Of a DNA stretch of 64,000 nucleotides, positions 13,431 to 24,023 are shown one piece after another. The DNA comes from Raillietiella orientalis (lineage: Eukaryota), in contig JAYWIR010000010.1 in NCBI GenBank assembly GCA_036172245.1, forward strand, positions 3,410,001 to 3,474,000, read 5' to 3'. The notes below the pieces were generated by a model. That model had not been told where the DNA came from, made no database searches, and saw nothing but the letters and a program-made list of their open reading frames with translations. A program made the position numbers and the translations under genes. Positions within the stretch are counted from its first letter, which is position 1; each line of letters starts with the position of its first letter.

Positions 13431-15199
13431 TATAGATGCAACGGTCAAAATATCAGCACGAAAGATGGGAAAGAATCCTACAAGGATAATCGGAAAAACC
13501 GGAAAAGTTACATTCTTTACAGTCCTGTAAGCAATTCTGCGCTATATGGAATATTCAGCAATTCCAATTAGTTTAGAGATATGAGATACGTTTCATTTAT
13601 GTTTTATTTCTATTCGAGTTTTCCATTCAGCAAACAAACATTACTCGTGCAAGTGCATCTACATAAGAGTGTTTGGAACTTGGTTGCACCTGGAACGGCA
13701 TATTGGTAGGTACGATAAAGACTCTAAACTGCGACGTCAAATCTTGCACCATGTGATTACATACAAGCAGGGAACGCTCGCATCTTAAGGATCAGTCCTC
13801 CCGAGTTGGTTTCCTTGCACTGGACCTTTCAGTACTCATGGAGCACGTACACACCAAAAACGACGTCGCATCCCCTCAAGCTAATGTTTGATTGACTTCT
13901 AGAAATTGGCAGAGATCTATAAAACACAGATCGGGCACTCCTGCACAAATCATGCTGTTGTTGGCCGAAGCCGGACGGTTGCTTTAAATTCAGACTGTTG
14001 CCAGCAGCAGCGCTGAAACTTACGTCATTTGGTCCAAGAGTGGATGTGAAACTACACCAGACAACGGGGAACTTTACCATGCTCAGAGTTTCCATGCATC
14101 GTGAGGATCACGGTGGTGTTCGTTCTTCCGACTTCGGCATGTGCCCCAGCTGGAACTTCGACCAACATCCCGGATACAAGATACGAGCGGGTGGGGCTAG
14201 CGTACCACCTTCCATCTCCATCGCTTCGTTCTCATCCCGCAAGATGAAAAGCAAACCAAACGAGAGAACGGTGAATTTGTTTCTGAGCATTTTGAAAAGG
14301 AAAAACAGAACTTGATGTCTGGGTGTGCAAAGACAAGTTTCTGTTGAAAAAGCACTCGAAAAGTCGTCGGAAGCGTGGAAGCTAACTGGAAAAACATAAA
14401 AACCTTTGTGAAGAAAGCTGAACCAATCTGCGTGAGCGAAGGACATTTTTCCTTTTTCTTTTCCTTGTTTTGAAAGGGGGATCCATCTCAAGGAGCTCTC
14501 CTGAGAAAAATTTGGAGCATCTAGCGACCTCGCAAGAAACTGTGCAAATAACTTTTTTTTAGGAATTGCAAGGGACGGATGAAGGGAAATTTCGCAGATG
14601 ACCTCTCTTCTTCGCGAGGCAGGAGGAAGCACCAAGGAGCACGCTAGAAGGACCCAGGCTTTTGGATAAAGTCAGCATAACTTATTCCATCTGCGAAACT
14701 GTTGACCCACTATCGCTCCTCCCAATGTTTTGTGACAGTACTAGTGTGATTGCCCGTCTAAAGAAATGACGTGTCTTGAACTGTCACGCAGGGGCTCACG
14801 TGTGCGGAAGCTCATATCTTTATGAGCAAAAGGGAGATTGCATGGTGAGGCATGCGCATGGAATGTGCACGCGGCCTTCCCGAACCCTTTCGGATCGCAA
14901 GCATGGTCAGCTTGCATTTGGAACCGGCAGTGATGATCCCGAGATTCAGTCAAGGGCGCGAAAAATTCCCCTCCCCCCTTATCTCCCCCGCAACCGGCGC
15001 CGTAAAATTCACGGTCACGGTATCTGATTCATGAATGTTGCTTGGCACTTCCCCGCATCTGTTTGTAGGCAGGGGAAGATGCCAACAGCGAGCATGCGAG
15101 TCTTTCTCTCCAATGATTCTCCTAGGAGAACGGGAATTTTTTTGCGGGAAGAAACGCAGTAGGTATAGAGGAAACATAGAGATAGAAGTCTAAGCAGTC

Positions 15200-15330
15200 T
15201 ACCACAATACAAGAAACAGAGATCAAACCAATCTCACCTCCCTTCACTTCGTCGCTGCGATACCGATGGAAACTGAGAATCAGTAGTGCCGGTCCTGGAG
15301 ATTTCGAACACGTGCAAACATCTGGAAAGA
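15200..15330 (-). mobile_element. Degenerate LINE RT N-terminal fragment
   Basis: KSPGPALLILSFHRY resembles KSPGPDG...EFY. Confidence 0.3.
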
Positions 15331-16134
15331 CATTCGGGATAAACTCATTCCAATTGGAGCTCTCAAAAGACCAGATACTCGCTGTGCTATTGACATTGGA
15401 TTGTGGTCTTTTTCCTTGACAAAAACCAGACGCCAGGTGCACATTCTTCTTTCACAGCCTCTCCCATCACCAGAGGCATCGTATGCATCGGAAAACAGGA
15501 TGGACCTTAATATAAACCGACGTTCCTCAAAACCATCAAGAAATGAATTTAGAAAGCAGGGAGGAAACCAATGTTGAAACGCAGACCATTCGTAGGTTCC
15601 GCTGTTCACCAGGCGTGCCTGATGCTGCGCCGTGGATAGCTGCCTCGACATTCTAGCATCTTCGGTTCGAGTTGCCATGAAACTCTCCACGCAATGGATG
15701 AGGAAATCAGTCAAAGACCTTGGCATCGCTTGTACCAAAGGGAGAGATGAGGTACGAAATGTCTGGACAGCGGAATCTTCAAGTACCCGGAAGAGAGCAC
15801 CCTAGCCACGTGAAGATGATGAGCCTGGAATCGGAAGTGCTTTTCAGAGGAAGGCGAGCATGTGAGGCGCAAATTTACTTCCGGGGCACGCACTTCCCAA
15901 TGCTAGGAAGCAGCGGATGGCAATCATCGAGGCCTCAACACCAGGAAAAGAATCATGTACTGTGTTGAGCAGCAACGTGCATCCGTACACTTCATGTATA
16001 CTAGGATCACCTGCTGTTCTCCGACTACCTAGGCAGCGTGTACGAAGAGGCCTTCGTGCACATTGCCTTCCGAACCCTGACTGCTCGTCACAGACGCGCC
16101 CTCAAAAGCAGTATACACAGAACTGGCAAGAGAT

Positions 16135-16940
16135 GCCCGCATCGGAGGCTTTGTGGTTACGGTGGTCTTCGCGCGTGGTACCATGTGGCGCAGGTTCAAA
16201 TACCCCAAAAGAAACCTGCGCAGTGTGTCGTGGCTTCGAGTTCCTCTCGCAAGATGACGCTGGTTGGCCTACAGTCATTCGGGTGCGGCGCTGGTAACGG
16301 TTCAAACCGGATGCCACCGATGAGGGCCGGAATGAGGGAGTCGATCTTTGGGTCCTTCCAGGAATCAAGGAGTGGGAAATTCTCCCTCCGATTGTGCAAA
16401 GGAGTGGAACCCTTAGTGTGGGGAACCCCTCCGTGTCTTTCAGATAGAGTAGGAGTATAGCTACCTCTCCAGATGCTGAAGGAGCTGACCCTCCAGTGCG
16501 AGGGACCCTCTGCGTCGTACTGATGGAGTTGTTGTGCCATCCCCTCTCCAGAGAGTGCAGAGAAGCGAGCCGATCCCTTAGAGGAAGCAGCTCCCTTCAG
16601 AATTTCGGAAGCGTCCCTTCGAGGTTCCCTTCAGAGGAGGAGCAAACAGGAGCGGTTCCCTTGCGGGTTCTCTCCGGAGAAGAAATTCCTACTAGAGGGT
16701 ACTTTCGGGGTTCCCTTCGGAGAAGAAAAAATGGAGCGAACCCCTCCGGGATCCTTCGGAGAGAATAAGGAAGGAGGTTCCCTTTGGGGTTCCCTTTGGA
16801 GACAGCCAGGGTGAAGGTGATCTCCATTCTGGGGATCCCTCCCCAAGCGTGAGAGGAACGGACTCTCCCTGGATCCATAGGGCGAACCCGTCCTGGGGTG
16901 CTCCCTATCTTTCCCATCGAAGAAGTCCTTGACTCGCGGT
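16135..16940 (+). mobile_element. tRNA-headed SINE-like element, copy 1
   Basis: Starts GCCCGC and carries B-box-like GGTTCAAATACC, GCTTCGAGTTCC and GGTTCAAACC, then a CCGATGAG-GGCCGG block and a ~40-bp tandem array (about 16608-16850). Colinear with 18900-19712(-), 40069-40330(+) and 49872-51390(+). Confidence 0.75.
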
Positions 16941-17849
16941 CTACATCTTTGCATGAGTTTCTCTACCCTTGCCACCAGGAGGCGCGGCCATCTGGATGTT
17001 CTCATCGAGGGAGGGGCATCCGTGAGTCTCCAGCCGACGCCGGAAGGCGACTTGAAACTTCCGCATGATCCTACTGCTCCAGAAACTGAGTCATTACACA
17101 CTCAAGGCGGCCCACCCGTGTAAGGAACCGGCAACAGCAGCAGCATCGCAAGGATTGCGGCAAGGAGATGGGATGAACAGAAAGAGATTTCCTTCCTTTT
17201 CTTCGTCAGGGAAGCACTGGCTTTGGCAAGAGCACCAGCGCCAGATTCCTCAGGATCCGAAAAACCACAGAATGCCTAGAGAACTTGGAATAATCAGCGC
17301 AAAGGCAGAAAACATGTAGAGGATGGTGGTTGGGTCAAGAATGACTCCTAGGAGCCGTAGACCTGCGCTTTCTCTTCCTGCAGACGAAGGATGCCGGAAG
17401 CGAAGTCTGCTTCTCACGGCGGAGCGGAGCCCGCAATGGCTCCGTCGATCCTCCTTCTGCTGTCCTTTCTCCTTCTCTGCTTTGGGCACTCCCCTGTTCC
17501 CTCCTTCCCCTTTGTCCTCCTCTTTAACGAACTTGCGTGAGCTTGCGATTTCTCGCTGTAGGCAAGGATGCTGCGCTCCGCGGTCTCCATTCTGTTCTTA
17601 TATTCCACCTCCCTATCTTGCTGGTGCATCTGCGTGGACAGCCCTTTTTCTTCGCTGCGATTTGCGGAAAAAACTCACCACCACGGGGGCTTCCGGAGAA
17701 CGGGAAGGAAGGGGAGAGGGATGATGTACCACGAAGAGGATGGGTGGGAAGCACCAGTACTCAGCATAGCGCAGACATGAATAGAGAACCTGTACTAAGA
17801 TGCTGTCCAGAATCAGCGAGTCTGAGCAAGTCTGCAGCAGGATGGCAAC

Positions 17850-18470
17850 TTGATGCAAACTATGGATAGCGACCTCCAAAATGGACTGAGCAAATAAGAT
17901 TATAGATGCTAAAAGAAATCATGAGTTCTTTAGATGGAGATACCGATGGATGTGGTCTTCTTACTTCCAAGGGCATGCTCGGAATATCAACAGCAACTAA
18001 TATCTCCGTATTTTTGCAATTCGACCGCGTAACTGTCGTCTCCGCGTAAAGAGTCTTTATAGCCTCACCAAGGTATCCACGGAAGCCAAATCCCCCAGTA
18101 GCGAGAAGTTTTGATGAAAACAAAAGAATGAACTCCCTTCCTGTTAATCAAGCGTTGCCACGGACAGGCTGAGATGACACTTTGGCTCCACGTGTTCCGA
18201 ATGGATTCTCGGAAAATCGCATGGCTTCAGCAGCAGCTGGATGCCATCTGCCTTCCTCCCTTCCACCTCGATTCCGTGGAAGAGAAGTTCCTTCATTAAG
18301 GGACCAGTGGGTGAGTGATGGGTGGAAATCGAGCAGACGCTTCGGTAATTCACGAAGGCGAGTAGCGAGGCATCGCCTCCTCTGGAACGAAGATTTTGGA
18401 ATTCCGTACTGTATCCAAACTTCCCATGCGTATCTTACCGACCTCTTATTGCTTGCAATCATGCTGAGAT
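17850..18470 (-). mobile_element. Degenerate LINE reverse transcriptase
   Basis: Ordered RT-like motifs across frameshifts: EVWIQYGIPKS, NYRSVCSIS (cf. NYRPISLLS), VATLD*QKGVHS (cf. FLD..KAFDS), GFRGYLGEAIKTLYAETTV. Confidence 0.6.
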
Positions 18471-18560
18471 GGAAGGAAGGGAGAAGGGTATGAACACACC
18501 TTTGCTTTGCTCGGACCTCCTCCTTCGTGGTTACCGAATGGTAGTCCAGAGCAAGAGGAC

Positions 18561-19916
18561 GACCTGGAACATTGGGAATCGGTGCATTCTAACGAAAGGA
18601 GTGCGAACACGAGTGCGAATCTGTCCCATTCCGGGGACCGGTTTGAGCCCAGAACCAGGGCTGGCGCCTTAGAGTCAGGGAAAGTGGTCATACGGAACGC
18701 CACGTGCCCCTTCAAGTATGCAGCGACGGCATTAAGTGAAGCAAGGCGAGAGGAGACGAGCAGGCATGACCTCCGTCTCTTTGAGCCCACAAAGGTGCGC
18801 TCGCCTCAACACGAGCTTCCGTAGCGGGGTCTTTGGGGTCAGAGACTCCGGCGGAACGGCAGAGCGATTGCGAGAACTGACGTTCCGGGAGAGATTTGAC
18901 CCGCCGAAGATGGAGATGAGGATCCTTTTGGGGTTCCTTTCTGTCTTTCCAGTTTTTTCTTTCAGCTTTTCATTTTTTTGGTTCGCTGAGTACCTCAAGA
19001 ACCGTCGCGCGCTTGGAGGCTCACATAGCTCTTCAACGCTCTTTAATGCTCCACGCCACCCGGCGAGCGTGTGATTCCTCGACAAAATTTTTGGTACCCC
19101 GGGAGGGGACCGTCCTATGAATTCACGAAGGGCTCCGGAGAAGGGAGTTCCGTTCCTCTCACACCTAGGGAGGGATCCCAAAGGGAACCCTTTACCCTGG
19201 TTGTCTCCAAAGGAACCCCAAAGGGAACCTCCTTCCTTATGCTCTCCGGAGGGACTCCCGAAGGGGTCCGCTCCTGTTCACTCCTCTGAAGAGAACCCAG
19301 AAGGGATGCTTCTGAAATTTCTTAGAAGGGCGCTCCCGAAGAGAGCGGCACGCTTCTTTGTATTCTGGAAAGACATCGTCAATCTACCAGCTCCATGGTT
19401 CGAGACGAAGTCTCCCCCGTTCTTTTGCACAACTGGAGGGGAACCTCGAAGAACTGGACCAGACCCGACTCCTTGATTCAGTACCTGGGAAGGCCTCGGA
19501 GAGTCGATTCCCGGTCCCGGCCACTCATCGGGGGCATCTGGTTTGAACCTCCATCGGTGACGCACCCGAATGAGCCAGTGTCATCTCGAGGGAGGAAATC
19601 GAACCCACGGCACTCTCCCATCTCTCGCCGTCGACCCTTCCCGAGTGGATTCGAACCCGCGACGCCTGGTGCCACGCGCAGAGGCCGCAACCACCTGTCC
19701 TCCGACGCAAGCACAAAAGGGGACGATAAACTCAAACGTCCAGCATTGCCTGGACATGAACCGGACGGATCGCCGCCTCTCACAAAAGACTCCTGAGGAA
19801 TCACAGCCTCTCCGACGAGGAAGAGCCGTAGGGAGCAGCCGGCCCACGAAGACTGTGGAAAACTCCCACCCTCCGCTTGTTTGCAACCCTCCTATTCCAA
19901 CAGCGACTGTTAACAC
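18561..19916 (+). repeat. Interspersed repeat, copy 1 (arms 18561-18897 and 19713-19916), split by a SINE-like insertion
   Basis: Both arms align in inverted orientation to 25387-25710 and 24024-24241 (e.g. GGAAAGTGGTCATACGGAACGC, GAGACGAGCAGGCATGACCTCCGTC, GAAGACTGTGGAAAACTCCCACCCTCC). Confidence 0.9.
18900..19712 (-). mobile_element. tRNA-headed SINE-like element, copy 2 (apparently full length, ~810 bp)
   Basis: The minus strand reads GCTTGCGTCGGAGG...GTGGTTGCGG...GGGTTCGAATCC...GGGTTCGATTTCC...GGTTCAAACC...CCGATGAGTGGCCGGG, then the tandem array and a purine-rich 3' part matching 51220-51390. Confidence 0.75.
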
Positions 19917-22900
19917 CAAAGCTGAATGAAAGACCCATGACGTCTAGCAGTTGGACACGCGTCTGATCCTGTCGACATCCCACTCAATAGGCGTGGAAGT
20001 CGAGTGCTCCTCAGTTATACGAAGAATCCAAATAACATTTATCTCACACTTATCTAGGACTGCCTTCTCTGCCTCCACTTCACAAGTCTGTGGGAGTGCA
20101 GCCTGCAGGCGTAAATCATCTTGACGAAAATCCTAGAATTTATCTCCGTTACTTCCAGAAGCGGCAGGAGGGAAGACAAAAAGAGAAAAGACTAAAAAGC
20201 AGCTGTCTACCTGTCTAAAGACGCTGTTGGAAGACTAAAAGACACGCAGAACAACCTCACTAGTCTCTGTGCGTGTCTTTTAGTCTCCCAAGCAGTTTGC
20301 TCACAACAACAACCGGTTCATCAGAAATCGAAAGAGTTTCAATGACGTTCGAAGAGAGAGACTTCCTGTTCTTGTCAGGTTTCCCGTTTTGCTCGCTCCC
20401 CGAAGACGTCGTGTCCATGAAACCGCGGGATGGAAACCCAGCTGATCGAGTGCGCAGCAGCATGGAGGTGCCTCGATCTCGTGACGGCACGAAGGACATA
20501 GGCTTAGCTTAATACCCCTTTTTTCTGAGTCTTCAAGACCAACAGTGAGTTACAGAGTTCCGTGGCACAGGAGTTCGGAAACCATCTTGATGGGGAGACC
20601 GCCGTGACCGCTGGCAGCAAGAGAACGCCTTGACTCCTGGAGTCACAAGAGAAAGGAGACTTTAGGGCCTGAACCCTGTTCGTTTTCGCATCCACCTGCC
20701 GGCAGTTATCCGAATCTGAAGCCCCGAAGAATGCATTTGACCCATCCGACACTCGATGCAGGATGCGAACCCCAGATCTTCAGAAGAGGGGCGGCGGTGG
20801 TTCCGCGTTGCGAAGTCTCCTGCTTCGGAAGTTTCGAGGTGCCTCCGGAACAGAGAGCCTTCACTTTTCTCGTCTGGGTTCCCACGTCCTTTCTTCTCCT
20901 GGAGGAGCGCCGCTGATCCGATTTCACCATGGCACCACCGGACGACCTCTTCGCAGGTAGCAGGTGCGTTCCGCGAAGTGCTTCGCTTGCAAACCAGACA
21001 TTTCCCGACAGGAACGATACTGATCCATGCAATCGGGGAGTAGGGCAATTTCCTATGGCAAAACAGGAGGAAAGAGATGTCTCCCGGGAAGAGAGCGCAG
21101 CTTTCCCTCCTTTCCTTTCCCATTCTTTGGAAAGTTTCTCACCAGATGCATTCATCCCTCGGCGCGCTCCTACTCTCCGGCCTGCCTACGGGAGGTGCCA
21201 TGGCCGGAACGCCGGGAGGTCAGTTGCCCATAGCAATCCCAGCCAAAGTGCCTCCACTTTTTAATCTCGTATGAGTTCTCCTTGTTGAGCGTCCGACCAC
21301 ATCCAGCACTCGAAGAGAGGATGCAGAGGTTCGCGCGGCCAGACAGCCCACGAGGACCAGGAGTCTTCCTGCTTGTAAGCAGGTGAGAGCAATGGCGAGC
21401 GCTCTTGAATCCTACTCCGAGATCTTGGAATCCGTTCGGAATCGGACGTCGTGCATGCTGTATCCTTGGAAACCCGGATCCACGCAGTCCAGCTCTGTTA
21501 CTGCCTTCCAGTCTGGGGTGGCCACCCATCTCCTGGGTGGACTTTTGCTAGAAGAAGCCGGTAGACAGCAGCGCCTGGTAAGGCTCCATCTCAGAGATGA
21601 GGCAAAACCAAAAATGGACTCGCACACCCTCAGTGCCCGGAAACTGCACCGTATTCCTAATAAAAAGTCCCCTCTAAAACGCTCTAGAATTAAGTAAATG
21701 AAACCTCTTCTCCTCCCCCCCCCCTCAAAAAAAATGGCAACATGTCTGAGATTGTCATCAACAGAGGGTCAGTGAACCCAATAGAGGTCCGAGATCTGCC
21801 TCATTCCTCGTTGAGCGAGGTAGGGCACGTCCTCAAAGAGATTTAGAGCATTCCAGAATCCGAGGATCGCTTCCCGGATTTGCTGGCTTTCCATGGATTG
21901 CCGAACTCTTGCACTTTGCGATTTCCTGCCCTGTTGTCGGCATGGCTACACAGAACTCTTGGACAGCCACTCTCACTTTCGTCAATTACCCCATCCTTCC
22001 ATTAGAAAGAGGCCACTATCCTCCCGCGGTTGCATCGTGCTCATCCGAGTTGTGGTCCAGCCATCGAGCTGTAGCACCTTCCCTAAGAGCCAAGCTCTAC
22101 AAACATCTGCAATCGATCTCCGCGCTCCGCACCTGAGCTCGCCCCTTCCATCCAAAATAACCTTTTTACTGCGTGCGTCGTGAGCCAAAGAGCTGGCTTC
22201 TGCTCTGTTTCTCCCGCCCTTCTTCCCTTTGGTTTCTGCGAGGAATGAAAACCACGTTGATTATGCAAGTGACATTCATCCCACATGGACCTGACTATTG
22301 TTGCGTGACCAGGGTGAAGACGAAGCGGGATGCTTGGCTTCTTGGGCTCAGGAGCGAATCTACTGCAAGAATGGACCACTTCAAAGCATCCTGGCAATTT
22401 TCTCACGCACAAGGAAATGGGGAAAGATTCTCACACGGACAAGAACACGAGCGCTCTAGCTCCAGCCATAGTGCTGCATCTTCCTTCTAGAAGAGGAAAA
22501 GAAGCACTAGCTGGATCAAGTGGTTTCTCATCAAGCCAGCCAAGAGATAAAGTTTCGACGGCTTCTTGTAAGCAAGGACCAAGTCTCTCCTTTGCGGAGC
22601 TGATCTGCCAGAACCACGAGGAAATCAGCAGGAGAAATCTAAGAGTTGTAGAGCTGGCGGTGGTGGTCTGTCGGATCTCTCACGTGATGTCATGCACCCT
22701 TTTCTTGTATGAAGCCGGGGTACACGAAGACGCGTGTTCCCGCTGAAAGGCACACGAACGTGTGTGCTGCAGGCGAAAGCAAAAGGAATCGTCCGTTATG
22801 CGACTGCGCAAGAATTCCATCCTGATCGTTGTAATGCCCCCTTAAGACTTCCACTCCGGAACAGCCTTCCTCAGCCGGCCGTCTGGAACCCGTGAGTGTA

Positions 22901-24023
22901 TTCCTACGAGAATGACTCACGGGGTGACGGGTGAATGCTCCCCTCTTCAAAGGAATCTTTTCCTTACGAGACGACCTGGGTTTCCGAGAAGAGGCAGAGG
23001 AAGCAGCAGCCTCCGTTGATAAGTGCTTCCGTGCTGAATAGTTGCCATCGGGAGAGTTCTGGATCATCGACTGCATCGGCATCACGTCCAGCTCCGAATC
23101 CCCTCCGATGAGTCTCGCGGACGTGCAGCTCTGGGCGATACCACGTGTTCTCTGCTTTTTGTTCTTCCTCTTATCCTCTCCTCACTTCGCTTCCTCTCCG
23201 GTCTCCCAAAAACGTAACTGGCTTGAGAAAGGGAAAGGCCAGAAGATCGATCGAGGATGCTCTCAGAGCGTCCCGGCCTCAGACTGCGGATCAAGGGCAC
23301 CGGGAACTCTTTTCAAGCCCCAACCTCAAGTTCGGCGCGCTCGCTGAATTGAGGAAAGTTCTCGATCTTCACCGCAAGAGGAAACTTGGATTCCACCTGC
23401 TCACGGGGAGGATGCAGCGCCCTCCTCCTCCTGAAACAAAGGCGCTCCCGCAGCCGGAAGGTAATTAGGCCGCCTGGTAATTGGCTCAGACGAGGATCGC
23501 TTCCCATATTCGCTGCATGCGAAACACGCCTTTGGAATTTCCGGACCGCAAGCAGCATTTGCGCCATCTCGACTCCCCCTCCTCCTTTCCTTAATTTTCA
23601 TTTGCGCCACGTATCCCTCCCCCCTCCTCCTGCTTTGGAAAGGTTCGTGTTTGCTCCCTTGCTGGCTACTCGCGTGATTCTCCCGTCGCGCTTTTTGACG
23701 TACCTCGCGTTCGGGAAAGCGCTCACGAAGTGATAACCTCCTCGTCGGACTTCCGCCGATGGCAAGGACGTATCCGAGGGTGGAACCACCCCTGTGTTCC
23801 CACAAACAACACCCTGGAACACTGTTTCCCGGAGATGAGGCTGCAAATCATCTTCAGCGAAACACTCGTGTTTTGTTCCTGATGCGCTTGTCCCCCCAGT
23901 CTTCTTTAATCTTCTGCGAATTCTCTTCCAGTGCTCCTCAATTTTGGCGTCCGAAGTGCCAGCAGATGGAATGCCACCTTTCGTGAGATATCCTGAAAAA
24001 TCCCTGTTTGATTCACACACTCT

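Noticed and set aside
16608..16850. Regularly spaced ~40-bp repeats as a CRISPR array
   Set aside because: Eukaryotic context, degenerate tandem units without unique spacers, no cas genes, and part of a dispersed element
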